Of a stretch of 64,000 nucleotides of DNA, positions 1 through 7,970 are shown piece by piece. The DNA comes from Candidatus Latescibacterota bacterium (GTDB taxonomy: Bacteria > Latescibacterota > UBA2968 > UBA8231). The translations under genes and the position numbers were made by a program. The stretch spans positions 2,560,001 to 2,624,000 of the forward strand of contig CBDFJF010000002.1 of NCBI GenBank assembly GCA_965248265.1, read 5' to 3'. Within the stretch, counting starts at the first letter, position 1, and each line of letters begins with the position of its first letter. The notes beneath the pieces were generated by a model, which was not told the origin of the DNA, searched no databases, and saw only the letters and a program-made list of their open reading frames with translations.

Positions 1-1479
1 TAGGACCTCGCGGCAGCGTTGCGCCGACTGCGTCCATTCACCCATGTGCTCGTCGACCTGTGCCAGCACGAGCAGAATGCCCGGCTTTCTGATTCGAGTC
101 TGCTCGGCTTCGAGAAACTCACAGGTTTCGAGGGCGGCTTCGTAGAGACGCCGGGTCGCGAGGTAGTCGCACGCGGCAAAGGCCCGCTGTCCCGACGTGA
201 TCAGATAGGGCAGCGCGCGAATGGATCTGTCACTGCGGAAGAAGTGAAATGCCAGCGATTCGATCTCGCGTGGCACTCGCCTTTCCAGCAGCTCAGCGAT
301 GCGGCGGTGAACACGTTTTCTCTCGGCCGGCGGCAGCAGCTCATACAGGGTCTCGGCCAGGATGCCGTGGGCAAACTGGAACTGCCGTTCGGTCGATTCG
401 ATGACATGGAAACGGCGCTCGATGCGGCCGAGGGTGTGCAGAACCTCCACAGTTGGGCGCCGCAGCACTGAGGCCAACAGCAGGCTTTCGAAACGCTGAC
501 CCTGTACGGCTGCACGACTCAGAAGGGACTGATATTCACTTGGCAGACCCTGCACTCGCTGGCGCACGAGCTCACGTACCGAGTGAGCCACCGGCAAATC
601 CTCGACCCGCCGATTTCTCCAGATGCCCCGCTGGCGGTAGATGATGCCACGATCTCTCAGGAACTCCAGGCATTGCAGGACAAACAGAGGGGATCCCCCC
701 GTCTTCGCGTGAAGCTGGCCGACGAGATCCTGGGTGAAGTCCGCAGGCGCGAAGCAGGAATCGGCCAGCGCTCTGGTCTCGCGCAGGGAGAGGGGTCCCA
801 GGTTCAGCAGCTCGGTCTTGGACTCGGAGCACAGGTGTAGGACGAGTCTGTTCGGTCGCTGCCAGCGACCCTGCTCGTCCGCGTGTCCGCCAGTCTGATA
901 CGCACCGACCACAAGAATCGGCATCTGATGGACCTGCTGTGCGAGCTGGCGCAGCAGCAGGAGTGCTGGCCAGTCCGCCAGATGCAAGTCGTCGATGAAG
1001 AGGACGAGGGGACGGTCTTCCGCCACCGCGAGCAACAGGGATCGGACTCGGACAACGAAGAGCGCGCGCCGCATTTCGGCATCGCCGTCGTCCTCCTCGG
1101 AGGTGACCTCTCCTTCACCGGAGAACAGGAACGGCCAAAGATGTGGTGCGAACTGCTCCACCGCGTCGCGCAGAGCTCGCTGTCCAGAGTCAGGAGCCTC
1201 GTGATCCAAGCCCTTCAGGATCTCGATGAGGCAGCCATAGGCGATCTCAGGGCCCGCTGGATCACCCCCGCCAGCGAGGTAGGGCATGCCGCACCTGTGA
1301 GCGATGCGACCCACTTCGGCAGCGAGTCGGCTCTTCCCTGATCCATCTTCGCCGGCGATCAGCACCATCGATCCGCGTCCCGCTGCGGCGGCGGCCATTT
1401 TCTGGCGCAGCAGCGCAAGATCAGCGTCTCGGCCTATGAGGTCAGACTCTATTCGACTCCCAGGACCACCACTCACCAT
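1..1479 (-). CDS. STAND-type AAA ATPase (AAA_16-like) followed by helical/TPR-like region; 3' end runs off the window
   Basis: Not in the ORF track (no stop in window). Manual translation from ATG at 1479 (GGAGG RBS upstream): LIGRDADL, Walker A GEDGSGKS, Walker B LFIDDLHLAD, GGSPLF, FQFAHGIL, then TPR-like helices. Confidence 0.85.
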   Translation of the reverse strand, partial: MVSGGPGSRIESDLIGRDADLALLRQKMAAAAAGRGSMVLIAGEDGSGKSRLAAEVGRIAHRCGMPYLAGGGDPAGPEIAYGCLIEILKGLDHEAPDSGQRALRDAVEQFAPHLWPFLFSGEGEVTSEEDDGDAEMRRALFVVRVRSLLLAVAEDRPLVLFIDDLHLADWPALLLLRQLAQQVHQMPILVVGAYQTGGHADEQGRWQRPNRLVLHLCSESKTELLNLGPLSLRETRALADSCFAPADFTQDLVGQLHAKTGGSPLFVLQCLEFLRDRGIIYRQRGIWRNRRVEDLPVAHSVRELVRQRVQGLPSEYQSLLSRAAVQGQRFESLLLASVLRRPTVEVLHTLGRIERRFHVIESTERQFQFAHGILAETLYELLPPAERKRVHRRIAELLERRVPREIESLAFHFFRSDRSIRALPYLITSGQRAFAACDYLATRRLYEAALETCEFLEAEQTRIRKPGILLVLAQVDEHMGEWTQSAQRCREVL

Positions 1480-1526
1480 AGCTTTCCTCCAGGCCACTCA
1501 AGCCCATGCCGTCACACAGCCAAGAT

Positions 1527-2258
1527 TTACAATGCATATGAGGAGTTGCGAAGCCCGTATCGGGAAAAGTGCGGGACCTCGATTACAATGGTCACGGACT
1601 CGAATGACGCCGACCCGTCGTCATCGTCATCATCGTCGTCGCCATCGTCATCATCACCATCGTCATCACCGTCATCGCCATCGTCATCGTCATCACCGTG
1701 GGTTTCGATGGAAATGATGTTGGTTTCCCCGATTTGGCCGTCATCCGAGACAACCAGAGCCCGGAGCGTGGACGGATCCATGTCCACCAATTCGGCGTCG
1801 AGCTCGATCTCCAAATAGGGGCTGGGGGCCTCTTCGACAAACCAATAGGGCGACGGTCCCAGCTCGACGACGAGCAGGCTGAGGGGCGCTGGTCGCACCG
1901 CCATCCTGATGCGCACAGCCTCGGTGACTGCGCCCTCCGGGATCACCAGTTTCAGGCTGAGATCATCATCCTCGATCTTGAGCCGTGTTTTCTCATCAGG
2001 CTCGGCGACCTTCGATGTCGAGAGCCAGTCGCCGTCATCATCATCGTCATCATCCATGGCCTTGGCGGCGACGGGCGACTGCGGCGAGAACACGAGGTAT
2101 ACCTTGCCGTCAGGCGATGATGGTCCAACGGCATCGGTATCGGAGGATGTGGGCGGGTGCTCGACCCCGCAGCCCAAGGCGGCGATGGCGAGAGACAGCC
2201 CGACCACAATGAACGGTGCAGTCAGTAGAGTTCGGATGCGCTGTGCGAACGGAACCAT
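1527..2258 (-). CDS. Acidic lipoprotein with ZU5-like domain, C-terminal HFS motif and poly-Asp inserts
   Basis: ATG at 2258 with AAGGAG RBS; signal peptide ending ALGC (lipobox); LKLVIPEGA...VELGPS...EVPHFSRYGL pattern; Asp/Gly tracts. Confidence 0.7.
   Translation of the reverse strand: MVPFAQRIRTLLTAPFIVVGLSLAIAALGCGVEHPPTSSDTDAVGPSSPDGKVYLVFSPQSPVAAKAMDDDDDDDGDWLSTSKVAEPDEKTRLKIEDDDLSLKLVIPEGAVTEAVRIRMAVRPAPLSLLVVELGPSPYWFVEEAPSPYLEIELDAELVDMDPSTLRALVVSDDGQIGETNIISIETHGDDDDDGDDGDDDGDDDDGDDDDDDDDGSASFESVTIVIEVPHFSRYGLRNSSYAL
1614..1697 (-). repeat. Low-complexity GAT/GAC repeat encoding a poly-Asp(Gly) tract
   Basis: Encodes GDDDDDGDDGDDDGDDDDGDDDDDDDDG; a second shorter tract lies at ~2031-2054. 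Confidence 0.95.
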
Positions 2259-2323
2259 AGGGGGAAAGCTCCTTTTCAAAAGGGGAAGCTCCTTTTCGAG
2301 CGAGACTGTCCAAGCATCACATG

Positions 2324-2338
2324 GCAAGAACCATACCA
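2324..2338 (-). promoter_or_regulatory. sigma54 -24/-12 promoter
   Basis: Minus strand TGGTATGGTTCTTGC (GG-N10-GC, TTGC), ~65 nt upstream of the ATG at 2258. Confidence 0.7.
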
Positions 2339-2388
2339 ATGCTGAACTTGCTCATCGTCTACGATTCAGCTTGGAAAAAACATAGACA

Positions 2389-2401
2389 AATCAACGGGTT
2401 A
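2389..2401 (+). promoter_or_regulatory. IHF-binding site
   Basis: AATCAACGGGTTA matches WATCAANNNNTTR, in AT-rich DNA between the sigma54 promoter and the upstream palindromes. Confidence 0.55.
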
Positions 2402-2447
2402 TGACCATTATTTAAAGGAGGAGGAACACCGGTTAGCGGATCTGTAT

Positions 2448-2484
2448 ACTGGGGAATAATCCCCAGTGGGCACTATTCCCCAGT
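2448..2484. promoter_or_regulatory. Tandem palindromes: candidate enhancer (UAS) sites or terminator
   Basis: ACTGGGGA-ATAA-TCCCCAGT followed by TGGGCACTATTCCCCAGT; outer perfect 11-bp inverted repeat ACTGGGGAATA/TATTCCCCAGT. Confidence 0.45.
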
Positions 2485-2486
2485 TT

Positions 2487-2864
2487 TCACGCCGTGAACT
2501 TCATTAGAATGTGCCCCATTTTGAGCAGATCATCGTCTTGCAGCCGGGTGATCGCCGAGATTCGCTCTCCATTCACGAAGGTGCCGTTCGTGCTGTTGAG
2601 GTCTTCCACCCAGAAACACCCGTCGTCGTAAGTGATCCTGGCATGGCGGGAGGACACCTCCTCGTCGTCGACGACGAGGTCATTGGCTCCGTCACGGCCG
2701 ATGGTTCGGGCGCTGTCCCCGACTAGGTACTCGCGGTTACCCTCGTCTCCCAGCAAAATGAGCCGCCCGACGATGAACGGGTCCTCCGCAAGCTTGTTGC
2801 CGCAGAACGTGCAGAAGGCGTTGTCGTTCTTGTTCTGATTGCCACAATTCGTGCACAGAATCAT
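2487..2864 (-). CDS. Zinc-ribbon + FHA domain protein
   Basis: CTNC-x10-CTFC N-terminus; FHA motifs IGR, VSSRHA, DLNSTNGTFVNG. Confidence 0.92.
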   Translation of the reverse strand: MILCTNCGNQNKNDNAFCTFCGNKLAEDPFIVGRLILLGDEGNREYLVGDSARTIGRDGANDLVVDDEEVSSRHARITYDDGCFWVEDLNSTNGTFVNGERISAITRLQDDDLLKMGHILMKFTA

Positions 2865-3145
2865 GATCCGAGTCGCGCTTTCGCCTCCTCGATGCGCTCC
2901 AGTAGAGCGTCGTTTCCAGGATCTCTCTCCAATGCTTTCTGCCAGGTCTCCAACGCCTCGCTGTACTGCTCCTGTTTGAAGTAGACGAGGCCGAGGTTGT
3001 AATAGATATCCACTAGATCCAGGGATTTCTGTGTGCGGGCGCCACTATCCATGTATCCGACCTCGTCGGACAAGCGCTCACCGCACTGCCCGCAGTAGTG
3101 GTCCCCATCCGCGTGGGGTGCTCGACAATTGGCACACTCTGGCAT
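2861..3145 (-). CDS. Zinc-ribbon + TPR protein
   Basis: CANC-x10-CGQC; TPR YYNLGLVYFKQEQYSEALETWQKALERDP. Confidence 0.88.
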   Translation of the reverse strand: MPECANCRAPHADGDHYCGQCGERLSDEVGYMDSGARTQKSLDLVDIYYNLGLVYFKQEQYSEALETWQKALERDPGNDALLERIEEAKARLGS

Positions 3146-3702
3146 CAGGCCGCCGCCAGGTCAAAACCGCAGCTGCCGCAGAAACGATCGCCCGGGTCGT
3201 ACGGCTCAGCGCATTCGCTGCAGGTCAGCTCGCGTTGCAAAGCGCCCCCGCACTGACGGCAGAAGTGGTCGTCGGACTGAGACGGTGTGCCGCACTGAGG
3301 GCAATAGCGAAATCGGCTGACCTCTTCACCCTCCAGCACGCGACGCAGCTCATCCATCAGACGCTTGACCTCGAAAGGTTTGGCGATTATGCCGCATATC
3401 CCGAGCTCGATCAGCGGGCCGATGCGATCTTCGTGCAGGTAACCGGACACGATGATCGTGGGCGGGATCGGCAAGTTCCTGCGTTTCAGGTGGGCCAGCA
3501 GGTGGTCCCCGTGCGGCCCCGGCATGTGCAGGTCCAGGAGCATGGCGTCAATCTGCTCCTCGACGATGGCGGAGGCAGCACGCGTCGCGCGCTCTACCGA
3601 CAGACTCCGGTAACCCATGCGTTCGACGATCCTCTGGATGGTATCCCGCACCGTCTTGTCATTGTCCACGATGAGGACGGTTTTCTCGCGCGTTCCATTC
3701 AT
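3145..3702 (-). CDS. Response regulator receiver domain fused to a double zinc ribbon
   Basis: VLIVDND, LLDLHMP, KPF; C-terminal CPQC/CRQC/CSEC/CGSC. Confidence 0.9.
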   Translation of the reverse strand: MNGTREKTVLIVDNDKTVRDTIQRIVERMGYRSLSVERATRAASAIVEEQIDAMLLDLHMPGPHGDHLLAHLKRRNLPIPPTIIVSGYLHEDRIGPLIELGICGIIAKPFEVKRLMDELRRVLEGEEVSRFRYCPQCGTPSQSDDHFCRQCGGALQRELTCSECAEPYDPGDRFCGSCGFDLAAA

Positions 3703-4736
3703 GGTGCTGAAGATGGATTCTCGTGCTCTCTCGATAGCTCGTGGTCGAGGGGCAAGAGCAGTCGGAAGCTCGTGCCGGCGCCCGCCTTCGTCGCCACCAG
3801 GATGTCTCCTTCGTGGTCCTCCGCTATCTTGCGACAGATCGCCAGTCCCAGACCGGTACCCCGGTCCTCATCTTTCGTACTGAAAAAGGCATCGAAAATC
3901 GAATCGAGTGCCGTCGAGTCGATGCCGGGACCATCATCGCTCACCGCCATGAACAAGCAATCGCCTTCTGGAGTCTCGTCGCCGTCGACAGCGAGCCGAA
4001 CCTGTTGGCCAGAGGCGCGCTCCGACTGAATCAGAGCAGGAATGCTGGAGATGCCGGTCTCGACATGGATATGGACGGATCCTCTTCGGTCGACCGCGTC
4101 CATGGCGTTGGTCAGCAGATTTGTCAGGACCTGCTCCATCTGCGCGGGGTAAGCCCGGACCATAGGCAGGTCCGCGGCCAGCGTCGAGTCCACGGTCGCC
4201 CGTTTCATCAGCGGGCCCAGAAATTCGAGCGTTTCCGAGACGATCTGATTCAGGTCGACGGAGTGAAGCTCGCTGGCGCTGCGTCTGGAGAAGCGCAGGA
4301 CATTTCTCGTGAGCCGACCCAACCTCTGGCCGGCCTCGATGATCATCCGCACCTCCGCCTCATCGACCGGCTCGCCCGCCCTCATCAGGATCATCTCCGC
4401 CTGGCCGACGACGACCGAGAGCGGGCTGTTGATCTCGTGCACGATGGCAGCCGCCATCTGTCCCATGGCGCTCATGCGCTCGGACCGCAGCAGCATGCGT
4501 TGCGTGTCGTGCAGCTGCTCATGGGCTTCGCGCAGCTCACTCAGCTGGGCCTGGAGCTGGTCGTTTTTCCTGCGCAACTCATCGTAGGCGAGGTGCGTCT
4601 CGTGGCCGGCGAACTGCAGCACTTTCTCCATCTGCTGATAAGCCATGGCCAGCTCCTGGAGCAGGTGTGCATTGTCTCCTCGAAGGGCCAGCAGTTCGTC
4701 GCTGCCGTTATGGTCTTGCACGGTTTGCCGTCTCAA
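3699..4736 (-). CDS. Cytoplasmic histidine kinase (coiled coil-HisKA-HATPase_c)
   Basis: H box HEINSPL, N box NLLTNAMDA, DDGPGI, FFSTK, GTGLGL; no transmembrane or sensor domain. Confidence 0.92.
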   Translation of the reverse strand: MRRQTVQDHNGSDELLALRGDNAHLLQELAMAYQQMEKVLQFAGHETHLAYDELRRKNDQLQAQLSELREAHEQLHDTQRMLLRSERMSAMGQMAAAIVHEINSPLSVVVGQAEMILMRAGEPVDEAEVRMIIEAGQRLGRLTRNVLRFSRRSASELHSVDLNQIVSETLEFLGPLMKRATVDSTLAADLPMVRAYPAQMEQVLTNLLTNAMDAVDRRGSVHIHVETGISSIPALIQSERASGQQVRLAVDGDETPEGDCLFMAVSDDGPGIDSTALDSIFDAFFSTKDEDRGTGLGLAICRKIAEDHEGDILVATKAGAGTSFRLLLPLDHELSREHENPSSAP

Positions 4737-6112
4737 TCCCCGGAATTCAGGTCGTATTTGGCCATGCGATAGCGGATCTTGTCGCGGCTGACGTGCAGCA
4801 GGTTCGCCGCCCGGCTGACGTTGCCGTCGGTGTGCTCGAGCGCGGCATCGACAACCTGACGCTCGATCTCTTCCAGCGGAATTCCTTCAGGAGGGAAGGC
4901 AATCGACACACGCCCATCTTCCCCAAACTTCAGCTCCTCACCCGCGGCAGTGCGCTTCGATCGGCGATCGATGATCAGGTCATCGGCTTGAATGATATTT
5001 CTGTCGGCCATGACCACGGCCCGTTCGATGACGTTACGCAACTCACGCACATTGCCTGGCAGGGAATAGGACATCAGAAGCTGCCGCGCATCTTCCGCCA
5101 GGCGTCGGGGAGGTGTCCCGTGCAGGGAAGAGTAGAGGTCGAGGAAATGCTCCGCGATCATCAACACATCTTCTCCCCGCAGGCGCAACGGCGGCAGTAT
5201 GAGCGGCACAACGTTGAGCCTGTAATACAGATCCTCGCGAAAGTGCCCCTCCTTCACGCGCGCTTCGAGGTCCTCATTGGTCGCGGCGAGGAAGCGCACG
5301 GAGATCTCGATCTCCTCCGTTCCGCCAACGCGGCGGATTCGCTGCGTTTCCAGCACGTGCAGGAGTTTGGCCTGCAGGTGCGAGGGCAGGAGCCCGATTT
5401 CGTCGAAAAAGAGGGTGCCGTCGTGAGCTGTTTCGACCAGTCCCTGCTTCATCGTCTTGGCATCCGTGAACGCGCCCCGTTCATGGCCGAACAGCTCCGA
5501 CTCGAGCAGGTTGCCAGGGATATTGGTGCAGTCGACGGTGACGAACGGGTTGTCGCCAAACGGGCTCAGCATGTGAATGGCGCGGGCGATGACCTCTTTG
5601 CCGGTGCCGCTTTCCCCCCGGATCAGCACCGTCGCCGTCGTCGCCGCCACCTTGTGCACCATCCGGTAGACCTCCTGCATGACCGGACTGTGGCCTATCA
5701 CGCCTTCCAGTTCCCGGAATCCCGCCGTCGAGCCGGGCTCGTCGAGGAGATGGTCGATCAGGACGCGGAGCTCGGGCAGTGGAGTGGGTTTGGTCAGGTA
5801 GTTCTCCGCCCCGAGCTTCATGGCTTCGACGACTGTGTCGACATCACTGTAGGAGCTCATGATGACGACCCTGCAGCGCGGGGCTCTGCGTTTGAACAGG
5901 CGCAAGAGGTCGAGTCCGTCACCGTCCGGCAACTTGAGATCCATAATGACGACTTGCGGTTCGATGTCGTCGAACTGGATGATCGACTCTCGCGCCGAGC
6001 GCGCGCCGTGGGCTGGAAAACCACACTCGCTTATGAACTTGGTGAGGACGTCACACAGCTGCGGATCATCCTCCACCACCATCACTTTGCCGGGCATTTT
6101 CCCTCGAAACAC
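4733..6112 (-). CDS. NtrC-family sigma54-dependent response regulator (REC-AAA+-Fis HTH)
   Basis: VEDD/DLKLP receiver, GESGTGKE, ESELFGHERGAFTDA, FREDLYYRL, GNVRELRN, C-terminal HTH. Confidence 0.95.
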   Translation of the reverse strand: MFRGKMPGKVMVVEDDPQLCDVLTKFISECGFPAHGARSARESIIQFDDIEPQVVIMDLKLPDGDGLDLLRLFKRRAPRCRVVIMSSYSDVDTVVEAMKLGAENYLTKPTPLPELRVLIDHLLDEPGSTAGFRELEGVIGHSPVMQEVYRMVHKVAATTATVLIRGESGTGKEVIARAIHMLSPFGDNPFVTVDCTNIPGNLLESELFGHERGAFTDAKTMKQGLVETAHDGTLFFDEIGLLPSHLQAKLLHVLETQRIRRVGGTEEIEISVRFLAATNEDLEARVKEGHFREDLYYRLNVVPLILPPLRLRGEDVLMIAEHFLDLYSSLHGTPPRRLAEDARQLLMSYSLPGNVRELRNVIERAVVMADRNIIQADDLIIDRRSKRTAAGEELKFGEDGRVSIAFPPEGIPLEEIERQVVDAALEHTDGNVSRAANLLHVSRDKIRYRMAKYDLNSGD

Positions 6113-6460
6113 TCAGATGAGGTACCCTAACCCTCGTGCTGTTTGAACATAAGTTAACTGATCGCACATGGATCGGACAGAAAACAGTCGTGGTCGCCGC
6201 GAACTGACAAAAACCACGCAATTCTGTAACAGTAAAGCGGTACGGATTAAGAACGATAGGGGGACCATTATACATAGTTAACATTGCTTGGGGCTTGGTG
6301 TCGAGTGGAGTTTGGAGCTTTTGTGAGGGGCCGGATGCGATTGGTCTTGTGGTTGAGCACCCAGCTGGTTGTCAAATGACCGCACGGCCTCAACCATGGG
6401 TTACCGCCGCGATCTGGGCAACTCTATGGGAGACAAGGAACTCTCATTTCGACATGTTGC

Positions 6461-6475
6461 GGGCACGCCGTTTGC
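6461..6475 (+). promoter_or_regulatory. sigma54 -24/-12 promoter
   Basis: GGGCACG-CCGT-TTGC, near-consensus TGGCACG-N4-TTGC, ~65 nt upstream of the ATG at 6541 and divergent from the NtrC-type gene. Confidence 0.7.
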
Positions 6476-6540
6476 CATTGCATGACCATCGACAGAACAC
6501 GGTCGCTCGGAAACCGCGTTTCTTCAGAAAGGTGGCCATC

Positions 6541-6897
6541 ATGTATAGCGAATCGGTCTGCGGCCTGATTGCCCTGGTACTGTGGGCACTCGCCATCGTC
6601 GCGCGAGTCGGCAGTGTGAGGCTGACGGCCGCCGCCAGACGTCATCTGCACCTGCTGGAACAGCGCAAGGTCGCATTGGCGAAAACACTGCTGGCGCTGC
6701 GTGGAGAAAGGGAGCTGCTCGACCGAAATCAGGCGCGGGCGAGCCTGGACCATTCGGCGGCATGTGAGGATGTGGCCTTGTTGCGTGGACAACTCGAGGA
6801 GCTGCGACAGGGAACCCAACGGCGCAATGACAGGATCGCGCGCCGCATCGCCACGCAACACCATGTGTGCCCCCAACAGATCGAAGCAGTCCCCTAA
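6541..6897 (+). CDS. Small membrane-anchored coiled-coil hypothetical protein
   Basis: ATG at 6541 after AAGGTGG; N-terminal hydrophobic helix then heptad-rich region. Track start at 6295 is probably too far upstream. Confidence 0.6.
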   Translation: MYSESVCGLIALVLWALAIVARVGSVRLTAAARRHLHLLEQRKVALAKTLLALRGERELLDRNQARASLDHSAACEDVALLRGQLEELRQGTQRRNDRIARRIATQHHVCPQQIEAVP

Positions 6898-6923
6898 GCA
6901 TTCAGAAGTTTCGGTCGGAATCG

Positions 6924-6949
6924 GATGGCTGTCATCAAACACAGCCATC
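6924..6949 (+). terminator. Hairpin downstream of 6541..6897
   Basis: GATGGCTGT-N8-ACAGCCATC perfect 9-bp stem; no U tract. Confidence 0.4.
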
Positions 6950-6995
6950 TGCGCTGCATCCTCGACGGATCCTTGTAGCTCAGGCAGGGGAAACC

Positions 6996-7037
6996 GGTCG
7001 CCGGGACGCCACCCGCGAGAGTGGCATCCCGGCAACC
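6996..7037 (-). terminator. Intrinsic terminator-like hairpin
   Basis: 17-bp stem whose two mismatches are G-U pairs on the minus transcript; just downstream of the stop at 7056 and followed by GGTTT. Confidence 0.6.
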
Positions 7038-7055
7038 AGCTGAGGGAGGGATGTT

Positions 7056-7784
7056 CTACGGACCGCCAGTCGGGTAGTCGACGTAGCTGAACGTGAATAC
7101 GGCCGCTGGTATACCAGACTCGATCAGTTCGACGTGGTAGATACCCGGGCCCAGGACCAGAGACTCGAACACCGCCTGCGCATCCTCCTGCATGGAATGC
7201 CAGATTACCGGCGGCGGCTCGCTCGGAGGATCGGTCTCCTCGATGATCTGGAACTCATTTGCCATGGTCTCGAGGTCACCACCGGTCACTTCCAGGTGGA
7301 AGCAACCACCTTCCCGGGCTTCGGGGAGGGAGATGGCCATGGCGGTCGGGCCCGTCGCAATCGAGATGCTGAACTCCACGTGATTGCCGATGAAGTCGCC
7401 ACAAGGCGCACCCGGCTCACCTTCTGGCGGCTCGCCCTCGGGGGGTGGCTCGCCTTCGGGGGGAGGCTCCATGGGCTCCATGGGCGGGATGTGCACCCAG
7501 GCCACCCAGGCTCGCACTTCCTCATAGCTCAATCCGCCGCTGCCGTCGCTATCCATCATCGGGAAGGTTATCCCGAGGAGCCAGTCTTTGGCTGCCTCAG
7601 GGTCCATGGGGGGTTCGCCCACATCCTCAGGTGGTTCGGGTGGAGGTTCCCCTTCCCCGGGCGGTGGCGGCATGAGCGTTATCTGCGGCATGTCCTCCGG
7701 GGGCGGGCCTTCGTGCATGTCGGCTAGCAGCTGCCCGGTCATCAGCATCAATGCCCCTGCTGCGAGAATGATCTTCTTCATCAT
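7056..7784 (-). CDS. Secreted Pro/Glu-rich protein with one EF-hand
   Basis: Signal peptide MMKKIILAAGALMLMTGQLLA; EF-hand loop DSDGSGGLSYEE; PPPEGE repeats; AAGGAG RBS. Confidence 0.75.
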   Translation of the reverse strand: MMKKIILAAGALMLMTGQLLADMHEGPPPEDMPQITLMPPPPGEGEPPPEPPEDVGEPPMDPEAAKDWLLGITFPMMDSDGSGGLSYEEVRAWVAWVHIPPMEPMEPPPEGEPPPEGEPPEGEPGAPCGDFIGNHVEFSISIATGPTAMAISLPEAREGGCFHLEVTGGDLETMANEFQIIEETDPPSEPPPVIWHSMQEDAQAVFESLVLGPGIYHVELIESGIPAAVFTFSYVDYPTGGP

Positions 7785-7970
7785 TGGCTCCTTGTAAAGG
7801 GGTTTAGGGTCGTGGATCTCCGGAATATCCCTCCCGTGCCGGATCCTTATTCAACCCTGATATGCGCTAACATAGGGCAGTTTCGACGATTTAGCGGTGC
7901 GAAAAATCACATTTCTGAAGCGAGATACCTTCGGCCAATTCGTGAGAGAATCCTCCTCGCACCCCCGGGG

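Noticed and set aside
1304-1717. ORF ending in a poly-His/Arg tract
   Set aside because: Antisense reading of the poly-Asp codons of the lipoprotein gene
5455-5480. GAFTDA instead of GAFTGA in the activator, suggesting sigma54 independence
   Set aside because: GAFTDA is a common variant and two good -24/-12 promoters flank the operon
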